A stretch of 64,000 bases of DNA from Patescibacteria group bacterium (GTDB taxonomy: Bacteria > Patescibacteriota > JAHJAL01): contig JBMORM010000025.1 in NCBI GenBank assembly GCA_049322675.1, positions 520 through 64,519 of the forward strand, in the 5' to 3' direction. The notes below the pieces were generated by a model. The model was given only the letters and a program-made list of their open reading frames with translations. It was not told the DNA's origin and did not search any database. A program made the translations under genes and the position numbers. Shown here in pieces: positions 39,112 to 48,949 of this stretch; within the stretch, counting starts at the first letter, position 1, and every line of letters begins with the position of its first letter.

Positions 39112-39121
39112 GGAGTAGGTT

Positions 39122-40510
39122 ATGACCGAAATTACTATGGAAAAGATTGTGTCGTGGGCAAAACGAAGGGGTTTTGTTTTTCCTTCATCTGAAATATATG
39201 GCGGATTTTCTAGTAGCTATGATTATGGCCCATTGGGGGTGGAGTTGATAAATAATATCAAGAATTTGTGGTGGCAAAAGATGGTTCATGAAAGAGAAGA
39301 TGTAGAGGGTATTGATGGTGCAATTATTACTCATCCGAAAGTATGGGAAGCATCTGGTCATGTGGAAAATTTTACTGATCCTTTGGTTGATTGCCGTAGT
39401 TGTAAAAAGAGATTTCGGGCTGATAAAATACTGGAAGATAAATTTGGGGTGGAAAGAGTGGCTGGAAAGTCTTTGGCGGAAATTGGGGAGATGCTGAGAG
39501 AAGAAGAAGTGCCTTGCCCCCATTGTGGATTGGTCGATTGGACTGATGTTCGAAAATTTAATTTGTTGTTGGAGACAAATATTGGAGTAACGGAAGAAGA
39601 CCGAAAAAAAATATATTTGAGAGGAGAAACTTGTCAGACTATATATTTGAATTGGGAAAATGTACTAAATACTTCAAGACAAAAACTTCCCTTTGGTATT
39701 GCCCAGATTGGTAAAGCCTTTAGAAATGAGATTACTCCCGGAAATTTTATTTTTCGGACGAGGGAGTTTGAGCAGATGGAAATGCAATATTTTGTTTCTC
39801 CCGAGTCGGCTGATTCTTGGTATGAGTATTGGAAAAATGAACGGACAAAATACATGATCGAGGAAATTGGTTTGAATAAAGACAAACTTCATTTGAGACA
39901 GCATGCCAAGGATGAAAGAGCTCATTATGCCAAGGATGCTTTTGATTTGGAATATAACACTCCTTGGGGTTGGTGGGAGTTTGAAGGTTTGCATCATCGA
40001 GGTGATTGGGATTTGAGCCGGCATGGTATGTTTTCTGGCAAAAAGATAGAATATTTTGATCAAGAAATGAACAAGAAATATATTCCTTGGGTGATTGAGA
40101 CTTCGGGGGGAGTAGGACGTTTGGCTTTGGTTACGATGTTGGATGCTTACACTGAGGAGGAGATTGCAAATGGGAAAGAAAAAGAGGTGAGGGTAGTGAT
40201 GAAATTTGGTAAAAAAATTGCTCCGATCAAAGTTGCGGTTTTGCCGTTGATGAAGAAAGAAAATCTTGTTGAGTTTGCCAGAAAAATATTTGATAAATTG
40301 AAGAAAAAATATGTTTGTCAGTTTGATCTTACTCAATCAATCGGCAAACGATATCGTCGTCAGGATGAGATTGGTACTCCATATTGCGTGACGGTTGATT
40401 TTGATAGTTTGGATGATAATATGGTGACAGTGAGAGAAAGAGATTCGATGCAGCAATCTCGAATAGAAATAGCTAAGTTGGATGATTTTCTTTCTGAAAA
40501 CCTTGGTTAA
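39122..40510 (+). CDS. glyQS: glycine--tRNA ligase (homodimeric type)
   Basis: KRRGF, YDYGPLG, WEASGH, FRNEITP, FRTREFEQME and IGKRYRRQDEIGTP. Confidence 0.97.
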   Translation: MTEITMEKIVSWAKRRGFVFPSSEIYGGFSSSYDYGPLGVELINNIKNLWWQKMVHEREDVEGIDGAIITHPKVWEASGHVENFTDPLVDCRSCKKRFRADKILEDKFGVERVAGKSLAEIGEMLREEEVPCPHCGLVDWTDVRKFNLLLETNIGVTEEDRKKIYLRGETCQTIYLNWENVLNTSRQKLPFGIAQIGKAFRNEITPGNFIFRTREFEQMEMQYFVSPESADSWYEYWKNERTKYMIEEIGLNKDKLHLRQHAKDERAHYAKDAFDLEYNTPWGWWEFEGLHHRGDWDLSRHGMFSGKKIEYFDQEMNKKYIPWVIETSGGVGRLALVTMLDAYTEEEIANGKEKEVRVVMKFGKKIAPIKVAVLPLMKKENLVEFARKIFDKLKKKYVCQFDLTQSIGKRYRRQDEIGTPYCVTVDFDSLDDNMVTVRERDSMQQSRIEIAKLDDFLSENLG

Positions 40511-40524
40511 TATAATTTGGTTTG

Positions 40525-40562
40525 AAATGGTCCTCGGATTTTTTTCGAGGACCATTTTTTTT
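40525..40562 (+). terminator. intrinsic terminator
   Basis: aaatggtcctcgga/ttcgaggaccattt followed by T run. Confidence 0.85.
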
Positions 40563-40602
40563 GTGAGGAAAATATGTTGTTTGTTGATGGAAAATTTTTT
40601 TC

Positions 40603-40611
40603 TGTGGATAA
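40603..40611. promoter_or_regulatory. perfect DnaA box
   Basis: TGTGGATAA (reverse complement TTATCCACA) upstream of the mraZ promoter region. Confidence 0.5.
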
Positions 40612-40665
40612 ATCGTTAATAAATGTGTTGACGAGTGGGGAATAATTAAAATAAGATAGATATGA

Positions 40666-40700
40666 AGTGGAGTGAAGTGGTAGGAAGTGGTAAATAGTGG
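40666..40700 (+). promoter_or_regulatory. MraZ operator: four AGTGG boxes at 10-bp spacing
   Basis: GTGG at 40667, 40677, 40687 and 40697, directly before the mraZ ATG. Confidence 0.85.
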
Positions 40701-40715
40701 TTTAAAAATATTAAT

Positions 40716-41147
40716 ATGTTTTTGGGTGAATTTTTTCATAGTGTGGATGATAAAGGTAGGGTGGCTATGCCGGCGAAGTATCGTGATCAAATCGAAAAAG
40801 GAGCAATTTTGACACGTGGAAATGACGCTTCTCTGACAATCTATTTGATAAACGAGTGGGAAAAATTGGTGGAGAAGTTGATGAAATTGCCGCAATCAAA
40901 AACAGATGTTCGAAATTATGCTCGTTTGGTGTTGGCGGGAGCAGTGGAAATAAAACTGGATAAACAAGGTAGAATTAATATTCCTAAGTATTTGTTGGAT
41001 TTTGCCCAGATCAATAAAAAGGTAGTATTTGTAGGTTTGTATGACAAGGTTGAGATTTGGGATGAGCAGCGCTGGATGGACTATCGGCAAGAGATTGAGA
41101 GTCAGTCGACTGATGTTTTGGGGCAGTTGGGTGAGTTTGGGATATGA
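40716..41147 (+). CDS. mraZ: division/cell wall cluster repressor MraZ
   Basis: MFLGE, DDKGR..P and DKQGRI.IP. Confidence 0.97.
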   Translation: MFLGEFFHSVDDKGRVAMPAKYRDQIEKGAILTRGNDASLTIYLINEWEKLVEKLMKLPQSKTDVRNYARLVLAGAVEIKLDKQGRINIPKYLLDFAQINKKVVFVGLYDKVEIWDEQRWMDYRQEIESQSTDVLGQLGEFGI

Positions 41148-41176
41148 TTGCTAAGTATGATTTTTAAAAATTTGAT

Positions 41177-41272
41177 TTGTGATTTGAGAAAAATAATTAG
41201 TGGCTGTAGGTGGTAACAATTCACCTCCAAACTCCCCATCTATAGTTGCTAATTATTGTTTTTAGCTCACAA
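41177..41272 (+). ncRNA. candidate structured RNA (long hairpin; mraW-motif-like position)
   Basis: 22-bp core stem 41192-41213/41236-41257 with several G-U pairs; C-rich loop. Confidence 0.55.
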
Positions 41273-41286
41273 GAATAATAGTAATT

Positions 41287-42210
41287 ATGGATAAAATTCA
41301 TATTCCGGTTTTGTTGGAAGAGGTCAATAATATTTTGGATTTGAAAAAAGGTGATAGTTATATTGATTGTACTTTTGGAGCGGGAGGTCATGCCAAGGAG
41401 AGTTGGAAAAGAGTGGGAGCGGAAGGTAAGATTTTGGGTTTGGAAAGAGATACGGAACTAATAAGTCACATTATTCCGGGATGGAAAAATAGAAAAAATG
41501 TAAAGATAGTAAATCGTTGTTTTTCTGAATTGGCGGAAGTGGTAGAGGAAGAAAAATTTGGTCGAGCTGATGGAGTATTATTGGATCTTGGAGTTTCAAG
41601 TTGGCAGTTGGATAAGTCAGATAGGGGATTTTCGTTTGCTCGGGCGGCGGCGTTGGATATGAGGATGGGAAGAGGAAGTTTGACGGCGGCGGATTTTTTG
41701 AATAAGGCTGATCAGGATGAGATGAAGGAAGTGTTTTTAAAATATGGTGAAATCAGGAATTGTCAAAATATTGTTGATGCGATTATCAAAAATAGGCAGA
41801 TTAAAAAAATTGAAACCGTTGATGATTTGATAAATTGTTTGTCGGAGTTGAAAATTAAAAAAAATAGTTCTAGGAACCTGTTGGCGCGGATTTGGCAGTC
41901 GATTCGGATGAAGGTAAATAATGAAATAAATGAATTGTTGAGTGTTTTGCCACAAGCTGTTGATGTATTGAAACCTGGAGGAAGATTGGTCGTAATCAGT
42001 TTTCATTCGGGGGAAGATCGGATCGTGAAAGATTTTTTTAACAAAATGAGTCGCGGTTGTGTTTGTCCTCCAGATTTTCCGAAGTGTGTATGCGAGACCA
42101 GACCGGTATTGAGGATTTTGACAAAGAAGGCCGTGGGGCCGACGAAAAAAGAGTTGGGAATAAATTCTCGCTCTAGCAGCGCGAAGCTGAGAGCGGTTAT
42201 GAAAATATAA
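41287..42210 (+). CDS. rsmH: 16S rRNA C1402 N4-methyltransferase
   Basis: HIPVLL.E, DCTFGAGGH, DLGVSS.QLD..RGFSF, ISFHSGEDR and SAKLR. Confidence 0.97.
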   Translation: MDKIHIPVLLEEVNNILDLKKGDSYIDCTFGAGGHAKESWKRVGAEGKILGLERDTELISHIIPGWKNRKNVKIVNRCFSELAEVVEEEKFGRADGVLLDLGVSSWQLDKSDRGFSFARAAALDMRMGRGSLTAADFLNKADQDEMKEVFLKYGEIRNCQNIVDAIIKNRQIKKIETVDDLINCLSELKIKKNSSRNLLARIWQSIRMKVNNEINELLSVLPQAVDVLKPGGRLVVISFHSGEDRIVKDFFNKMSRGCVCPPDFPKCVCETRPVLRILTKKAVGPTKKELGINSRSSSAKLRAVMKI

Positions 42211-42219
42211 GGAGAGGGA

Positions 42220-42555
42220 ATGACAAAGAATCAAAAAGAGATGGAGCAAATGTTTTCCGGGGTACAGAAAAACCGGATTGCTTCCAGATTTGCCTTGGGT
42301 CCTGTGTCGTTGCAGTTTGTAACAATCGTTCTACTGGCAATGTTTAGCCTATTTTATTTACTGCAAAATAATCAATTGACGACTCAGGGTTATAAAGTGG
42401 CGCAGATGAAAGATGAACAGGTCGAATTGTTGCAGGAAAATGAAAAGTATCAAGTGGAAGCGGCAAGATTGCAATCATTGGACGCGATCAAGGATAGGGT
42501 GAAAAATTTGGAGATGGAAGCGGTTGGTAGCGTAAAATATTTGGCGGTAAAGTAA
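42220..42555 (+). CDS. ftsL: FtsL-like septum protein
   Basis: Single TM plus coiled coil; lies between rsmH and the class B PBP. Confidence 0.6.
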   Translation: MTKNQKEMEQMFSGVQKNRIASRFALGPVSLQFVTIVLLAMFSLFYLLQNNQLTTQGYKVAQMKDEQVELLQENEKYQVEAARLQSLDAIKDRVKNLEMEAVGSVKYLAVK

Positions 42556-42649
42556 TATAATATTTAAAAAATCGAAATTGAAAGCAACTATCTTTTTTTG
42601 CATAATGGGGAGAGGAGATAATGTGCTTTGAGCTTCGATTTTTTTGTTT

Positions 42650-44371
42650 ATGGCGAATATTCAAATAGATCATATATCGAATCGGATAAATCTGGCGGCA
42701 GCAGCGGGGTTGTGTTTGTATTTGTTGTTGATTGGAAAAATATATACCAAGCAGATTATGCAGCATGATCATTATTTGTCTTTGGCTACTAGTCAGCATT
42801 TGTGGCAGGAGGAAGAAAAAGCCAGGCGGGGACAAATTTATGATATCAATGGTTATCCTTTGGCTGCCAATTTGTCATTGCCGGCCTTGGAGATAATTCC
42901 TAATCAGGTGGACGATGCAGAATATGCAGCAAGAAAAATATCGACGGTAATGCATTTGAGCCGACAGGAGGAGAGTGATATTAAGGCAAAAATAGCAACC
43001 AAAGCTTTGTATATGCCTCCCATTAAGCACAAGTTGACTGATGAGGAGACTAAGGAGATAAAGGAATTGGGTTTGGGGGGAGTATTGTTGCTACCGGAAG
43101 ACTGGCGTTTTTATCCGGAGGGTAGTTTGGGGGCGCAGGTAGTTGGTTTCTTGGATTATGAGGGTGAAGGACAATATGGTATTGAGGGATATTTCAATGA
43201 TGAATTGATGGGAAGTTCCGGTTTTGTTCAGTCATACAAGGATTTGACCGGTAGAGAGATATCTGATAGCCAGGAAGTGTTGGAAAAAGTGAGACAAGGA
43301 TTGAATTTATATCTAACCATAGATCGTACAGTACAGTATTTTGTTGAGGCTAAATTGAAAGAGGCGGTTGAACGTTATCAGGCGGACGGTGGGTCGGTGG
43401 TTATCGTTGATCCAAAGACAGGAAAAGTGATTGCTATGGCTAATTATCCCACCTACAATCCCAATGAATATGGCAAAGTGGAAAATTATGATAGTTTCAA
43501 TAACGGTATTGTTTCTTCAAGCTGGGAACCTGGTTCTGTTTTCAAGGTGATAACAATGGCGGCGGCGATTGATAAAGATCTTATTACGCCTGATACCGCT
43601 GAAACTTTTGGGGCAAGTATCAAGGTGTTGGACAGAGAGATATGGAATTCAGAAAGACGACCTTATGGAAGAGAGACTATGACGCAGGTTTTAGAAAATT
43701 CAGATAACGTAGGTATGGTTTGGGTGGGGCAAAAATTGGGAAAGGACAATTTTTACAATTATTTGTACAAGTTTGGTTTTGGTGATCCGACTAATATTGA
43801 TTTACCAAATGAATCTGCCGGATCGGTGGTTGATAAAAGTGCAGTGTCGGAAGTTGATTTGGCGACGATGACTTTTGGTCAGGGTATTGCAGTGACGCCG
43901 ATTCAGATGGTGACAGCGGTGGGAGTGATTGCCAATGGCGGTTATTTGCGTAAGCCCTATATCGTCGATAAGATTATGACAGTTGATGGCAAGGAGGTGA
44001 AAGTGGAGCCGGAGATTACTAGGTCGGTTTTGGACCCTGACTCCGCCAATTCGGTTACAGCGATGATGGTGGCGGTAGTGGAAAATGGTCATGGAAAACA
44101 AGCAGGAGTGGATGGATATTATGTGGCAGGAAAGACTGGTACAGCTCAAGTACCTATCAATGGCGTTTATGATGCTCACAAAACGATTGGTTCGTTTGTT
44201 GGTTTTGCTCCAGCGTTGGATCCTAAGTTTGTGATGTTGGTTAAAATCGATGTTCCCAAAACTACCGAGTGGGCGGAAAGTTCGGCTGCTCCAGTTTTTG
44301 GCGAGATCGCAAAATTTATGTTGGACTATTATATGGTGCCGCCTGATCGTCATGATCAGGGGGAAAAATAA
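42650..44371 (+). CDS. ftsI: class B penicillin-binding protein (FtsI-like)
   Basis: RGQIYD, R.YP.G, G.YGIE, SVFK, SDN and KTGT. Confidence 0.9.
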   Translation: MANIQIDHISNRINLAAAAGLCLYLLLIGKIYTKQIMQHDHYLSLATSQHLWQEEEKARRGQIYDINGYPLAANLSLPALEIIPNQVDDAEYAARKISTVMHLSRQEESDIKAKIATKALYMPPIKHKLTDEETKEIKELGLGGVLLLPEDWRFYPEGSLGAQVVGFLDYEGEGQYGIEGYFNDELMGSSGFVQSYKDLTGREISDSQEVLEKVRQGLNLYLTIDRTVQYFVEAKLKEAVERYQADGGSVVIVDPKTGKVIAMANYPTYNPNEYGKVENYDSFNNGIVSSSWEPGSVFKVITMAAAIDKDLITPDTAETFGASIKVLDREIWNSERRPYGRETMTQVLENSDNVGMVWVGQKLGKDNFYNYLYKFGFGDPTNIDLPNESAGSVVDKSAVSEVDLATMTFGQGIAVTPIQMVTAVGVIANGGYLRKPYIVDKIMTVDGKEVKVEPEITRSVLDPDSANSVTAMMVAVVENGHGKQAGVDGYYVAGKTGTAQVPINGVYDAHKTIGSFVGFAPALDPKFVMLVKIDVPKTTEWAESSAAPVFGEIAKFMLDYYMVPPDRHDQGEK

Positions 44372-44373
44372 TT

Positions 44374-45630
44374 ATGGTAAAAAATATTTGGCGAGGTTTT
44401 CTGGCACAAATATTGGGCAGACAAGCTGATTTTTTGTTGAAAAAATTTCAACCAATGGTGGTTGGCGTGACTGGTAGTGTTGGTAAAACGATGACAAAAG
44501 AATTAATATATACTGTTTTACGAGAGAAAAATGACACGATCAGAAACGAAGGAAATTTTAATAATGAAATTGGTGTACCATTGTCGATTATTGGTTTGGA
44601 TAAACCTCAGGGCGTAGTTGATTGGTTGGGTTTTTTAGCAAAAGTTGATTCGGAGATAAAAAAACGAAAAAATTTTCCAGCCTATTTGGTTTTAGAATTG
44701 GGGGCGGATAGGCAAGGAGATATAAAAAAATTGTGTAAGTTGGTGAGGCCGACGATAGGCGTTGTAACTACTGTTGGTGCTTCACATTTGGAATATTTTT
44801 TGACAATGAAAAATATAGTCAAGGAGAAGAGATCTTTGATTGAATCTTTGCCCAAACATGGTTGGGCAATTTTAAATTATGATGATAATAATGTTTTGCG
44901 AATGAGGACCAAGACCAAGGCGAAAGTTTTGACTTATGGTTATAAAGATGGAGCTGATTTGCGAGCAGCCAATGTGACTTTTGATTTTTCTGGTACTTTT
45001 TTCAAGTTGGTTTATCAAGGAAGTATGATTCCGGTCAAAATTAATAATGTTGGTTATCCTTATGTCAAAGCTTCTTTGGCGGCAATTGCGGTTGGTTTGG
45101 CGGTAGGGATGGAAATAATCGATATTGTTAATGGTTTGTCAAAATTGGGCAAGGTTCCCGGCAGAATGAATTTTTTGGAAGGGGAAAGAGATATCATGAT
45201 CTTGGATGACACTTACAATGCAAGTCCAACTTCGATGTTGGCCGCTTTTGATACAATTCGTGCTTTGAAAATAAAAAAGAGAAAAGTGGCGATTTTGGGA
45301 AGCATGTGGGAATTGGGAAAAGAAGAGGAAAAAGGACATATAGAAGTGGGAAAAATGGCTGGTAAAATTTTTGATGAGGTGGTGTTGTTGGAAAAGAATT
45401 CTAATTTTTATGAAAAAGGTTTATTGCAGAGTAAGATCGCGAGGGAAAAGATTCACCTTTTTTCAACAATTGATGTTTTATTGGACCATATTGAAAATAT
45501 TGTTTTGCCAGGGGATTTTTTGTTTTTAAAAGGATCCAGATCAAAAAATCATTTGGAAAAAGTGGTAAAATTGTTTATGAGAGAAAAATCACAAGCGGAA
45601 AAATTATTGGTAGCGCATGGCAAAGATTAA
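44374..45630 (+). CDS. murF: UDP-MurNAc-tripeptide--D-Ala-D-Ala ligase
   Basis: GSVGKT.TKE, NNEIGVP, DDTYNASP.S, LG.M.ELG and KGSR. Confidence 0.9.
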   Translation: MVKNIWRGFLAQILGRQADFLLKKFQPMVVGVTGSVGKTMTKELIYTVLREKNDTIRNEGNFNNEIGVPLSIIGLDKPQGVVDWLGFLAKVDSEIKKRKNFPAYLVLELGADRQGDIKKLCKLVRPTIGVVTTVGASHLEYFLTMKNIVKEKRSLIESLPKHGWAILNYDDNNVLRMRTKTKAKVLTYGYKDGADLRAANVTFDFSGTFFKLVYQGSMIPVKINNVGYPYVKASLAAIAVGLAVGMEIIDIVNGLSKLGKVPGRMNFLEGERDIMILDDTYNASPTSMLAAFDTIRALKIKKRKVAILGSMWELGKEEEKGHIEVGKMAGKIFDEVVLLEKNSNFYEKGLLQSKIAREKIHLFSTIDVLLDHIENIVLPGDFLFLKGSRSKNHLEKVVKLFMREKSQAEKLLVAHGKD

Positions 45631-45641
45631 TTAAAAAATTT

Positions 45642-46685
45642 ATGGCTGATTACAAGATTGAGTTAGTGAGAGTATTAACGATGGCGGTATTATCGTTTTT
45701 GTTGGCGGTAGGTTTGACGCCGGTTTTGACGTTTTTGTTGTATAAATATAAAGTTTGGAAGACACCACAAAAATATAGTTCTTTGGATAAAAAAAAGACG
45801 CCGGTTTATTATCAGTTGCATGCGGCAAAGCATAAGAAGAATGTTCCATTTATGGCTGGGATTTTGATTTGGTTGGTGGTAGCAATATTGACGGTGTTTT
45901 TGAATTTGAGTCGAGAACAGACATATTTGCCTTTGTTTGCTTTAGTGATGACTGGCATTGTCGGATTGGTGGACGATTGGCTCGATTGGAAAAAAATTGG
46001 TCAAACAAAAGGTTTGAGTGCCAAAATGAAGTTTATTTGGATCTTATTGATTGGTATTGGCGGAGGATTGTGGTTTTATTACAAATTGGATTGGAGTTCT
46101 TTGCACGTGCCGATGGTAGGCAGTTTTGATATTGGTTTGTGGTATATTCCTTTGTTTGTGTTAGTTTTGATTTCTTCGGCAAATGCCGTAAATCTAACTG
46201 ATGGATTGGATGGTTTGGCGGCTGGTTTATTGGCGTTGGCTTTTTCCGCTTTTGCGGGAATTGCCTTTTTTCAGGGAAATGTGGGTATTGCGATCTTTTG
46301 TGCGACTATGGTGGGGGCGATATTGGCATTTTTGTGGTTCAATATTTCTCCGGCTCGATTTATGATGGGCGATACCGGTTCTTTGGCGATGGGTGCAACT
46401 TTGGGGGTGGTGGCGATGTTAACTAATAGTGCCTTAATATTGCCTGTTATTGCGTTTGTATTTGTGGTTGAGACTCTTTCGGTAATTGTTCAGCAGTGGT
46501 CGAAAAAGCTGAGAAATGGTAAAAAAGTGTTTTTGTCCACACCGATTCATCTGACTTGTCAGGCGATCGGTTGGTCGGAGGAAAAAGTGGTGATGCGTTT
46601 TTGGGTTATTGGTGCGGTGATGGCAGTTTTGGGATTGGCTTTGGGTCTGATTGGGGGAAACTTTGATATTATTATTCGAAATTAA
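45642..46685 (+). CDS. mraY: phospho-MurNAc-pentapeptide transferase
   Basis: DD, NAVNLTDGLDGL and MGDTGS. Confidence 0.95.
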   Translation: MADYKIELVRVLTMAVLSFLLAVGLTPVLTFLLYKYKVWKTPQKYSSLDKKKTPVYYQLHAAKHKKNVPFMAGILIWLVVAILTVFLNLSREQTYLPLFALVMTGIVGLVDDWLDWKKIGQTKGLSAKMKFIWILLIGIGGGLWFYYKLDWSSLHVPMVGSFDIGLWYIPLFVLVLISSANAVNLTDGLDGLAAGLLALAFSAFAGIAFFQGNVGIAIFCATMVGAILAFLWFNISPARFMMGDTGSLAMGATLGVVAMLTNSALILPVIAFVFVVETLSVIVQQWSKKLRNGKKVFLSTPIHLTCQAIGWSEEKVVMRFWVIGAVMAVLGLALGLIGGNFDIIIRN

Positions 46686-47827
46686 TGAAGACAGTTAGAA
46701 AAAATACTTGGCTGCGATCAATTTTTGGCGAACAATCAGGTGGAAAACCTGATTATTTGCTGGCGGTTTTGGTTTTTGCTCTGGTTATTTTTGGTTTGAT
46801 TATGGTTTCTTCGGTGTCAGTAGTAGTTAGTTATGACACTTTTGGTGATAGTCATCGATTTCTACGTGATCAATTTGTCTCTGCCTTGATTGGTTTGGTA
46901 GCATTTTTTGTGGTTTCCAAGATTGATTATACTTTTTGGAAAAGAAATGCAATTTTTATGTTGATTGGCACTTTGTTGTTGTTGATTATGGTTTTTATTC
47001 CCGGTTTGAGTTTTGAGTATGGTGGTGCCAAAAGATGGATATTGATTGGTCCGTTATTTTTTCAACCCTCGGAGATAATAAAATTGACGTTTTTGTTTTA
47101 TCTGTCTGCCTGGTTGGCCAAGAAAGGGGAATTGGTACAAAATTTTTCCATGGGATTTTTGCCTTTTGTTTTTTTGATGGTTTTGGTAACTGGTTTGATA
47201 ATGATGCAACCTGATTTGGGGACGATGTTGGTAATTGCGGCTATGTCCGGGGCATTATTTTTTGTTTCTGGAGCCAATTTGAAACATATTTTTTTAATAA
47301 TTGTTGGTTCATTGGGAGCAGTATGGTTGTTGATTATTAGTGCTCCGTATCGGATGGCTCGTTTGACTGCTTTTTTGAATCCGGAAGAGAATATCTTGGG
47401 AATAGGATATCATGTTCAACAGGCATTGGTGGCGATCGGTTCAGGCGGATGGCTTGGTCGTGGTTTTGGACGTAGTTTACAGAAGTATGCTTATTTACCA
47501 GAAGTGTCCGGTGATTCGATATTTGCGATTATGGCCGAAGAATTGGGGTTTATTCGGATATCTTTGTTTTTAGCGGTTTATATTTTCTTTCTCAGCCGGG
47601 GAATTTTGATTGCTAAAAAAGCTCCTGATGTTTTTGGCAAATTATTGGCTTTGGGAATTGTGACTTGGTTTGGTTTCCAGGCTTTTGTGAATATTTCTGC
47701 CATGTTGTCTCTGTTGCCTTTGACTGGTTTACCTTTGCCATTTATCAGCTATGGCGGTTCATCTTTAGTGATTTCTTTAATTGCGGTTGGAGTCTTATAC
47801 AATATCTCCAAAAAAGCGAGGATATAG
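46685..47827 (+). CDS. ftsW: SEDS protein FtsW
   Basis: GAKRW, QPSE, QPDLGT, YR..R and LPFISYGGSS; dcw position. Confidence 0.92.
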   Translation: MKTVRKNTWLRSIFGEQSGGKPDYLLAVLVFALVIFGLIMVSSVSVVVSYDTFGDSHRFLRDQFVSALIGLVAFFVVSKIDYTFWKRNAIFMLIGTLLLLIMVFIPGLSFEYGGAKRWILIGPLFFQPSEIIKLTFLFYLSAWLAKKGELVQNFSMGFLPFVFLMVLVTGLIMMQPDLGTMLVIAAMSGALFFVSGANLKHIFLIIVGSLGAVWLLIISAPYRMARLTAFLNPEENILGIGYHVQQALVAIGSGGWLGRGFGRSLQKYAYLPEVSGDSIFAIMAEELGFIRISLFLAVYIFFLSRGILIAKKAPDVFGKLLALGIVTWFGFQAFVNISAMLSLLPLTGLPLPFISYGGSSLVISLIAVGVLYNISKKARI

Positions 47828-48949
47828 ATGAAAAAGGTTAATAAAAAAAGAATAGTTTTGACCGGGGGTGGTTCAGGAGGGCATGCTTTTCCTTTGATAT
47901 TTATCTGGGAACAGATAAAAGATGATTATGATTTTCTGTTTATTGGCGAACAAAATGGTAAAGAAGAGGAAATTGTTAAGAGAACAAAGATAGAATACAA
48001 GGGAATTTGGGCGGGAAAGTGGAGGCGATATTTTAGTTGGAGGAATTATATAGATGTATTGCGAGTTCCTATTGGAATATGGCAAAGTTATTGGATTATG
48101 AAGAAGTGGAAACCGGATTTGGTATTGGCTAAAGGTGGTTATGTGTCTGTACCGGTGGTGCTTGCGGCGGCTTTATTGAAAATTAAAATAATTTCTCATG
48201 AGTCGGATGCGATAATGGGTTTGGCCAATAGAATTTCGGCCAGATATGCTGACAAGATTGCTGTTGCTTTTCCAGTTGGTAGGTATGGAGTAAAATATGC
48301 CGATAAAATGATTTGGGTTGGTATGCCAGTGCGACGATGGAAATATCGGCAGGAAGATGAACCCATGTTGAGAAAAGATTTTTCGATTAAAAATGATTTA
48401 CCGGTTTTGTTGGTGACCGGGGGAAGTCAGGGAGCGGTTAACGTTAATAAATATGTAATGAAATATCTGGACGAAATATTAAAATTTTGTAATGTGATTC
48501 ATTTGACCGGAAAATATGATTATAAGAGGGTGAAGTCTTGGCGGGAAAAAATGAAAAATAATCAAGACAGATATTTGGTGTATGATTTTTTGTTTGAAGA
48601 TTATGAGAAGGCAATGGTTTTGTGTGATTTATTGATTTCAAGAGCTGGTTCGACTTTGGCGGAGATTTCCAATCTGGCTAAGCCATCGATTTTGATTCCT
48701 TTGCCAACTTCGGCTAGCAATCATCAGTATTATAACGCTAAAAGTTTTGAAGATGTTGGTGCTAGTGTAATGGTGGAGGAGAGGGATTTTGATAAAATAA
48801 ATTTGGCGGTATTGGTAAAATCATTGCTTTTCGACGAAGAAGGAATAGAGGAGATGAAAGCGGCGGCGGTAACTGCGATGCAAACGCAAGGTTCAGCCCG
48901 GATTGTCGCTGATTTAATTGATAGTGTATTGGGAGGAGAAGATGTTTAA
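47828..48949 (+). CDS. murG: lipid II GlcNAc transferase
   Basis: GGGSGGH, KGGYVS.P, HESD, GGSQGA and HQ..NA. Confidence 0.95.
   Translation: MKKVNKKRIVLTGGGSGGHAFPLIFIWEQIKDDYDFLFIGEQNGKEEEIVKRTKIEYKGIWAGKWRRYFSWRNYIDVLRVPIGIWQSYWIMKKWKPDLVLAKGGYVSVPVVLAAALLKIKIISHESDAIMGLANRISARYADKIAVAFPVGRYGVKYADKMIWVGMPVRRWKYRQEDEPMLRKDFSIKNDLPVLLVTGGSQGAVNVNKYVMKYLDEILKFCNVIHLTGKYDYKRVKSWREKMKNNQDRYLVYDFLFEDYEKAMVLCDLLISRAGSTLAEISNLAKPSILIPLPTSASNHQYYNAKSFEDVGASVMVEERDFDKINLAVLVKSLLFDEEGIEEMKAAAVTAMQTQGSARIVADLIDSVLGGEDV

Noticed and set aside
40666-40700. Periodic GTGG repeats as a CRISPR or novel array
   Set aside because: Units are too short and are explained by the known MraZ operator
42621-42668. 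Out-of-frame upstream ATG plus T7 run that could frameshift into ftsI
   Set aside because: SD spacing is too short, T7 runs are common here, and ATG 42650 already gives a complete N-terminus
25673-44353. Long antisense ORFs (25673-26269, 28755-29306, 34634-35221, 39674-40336, 43802-44353)
   Set aside because: Shadows of conserved + strand genes, with no recognisable motifs
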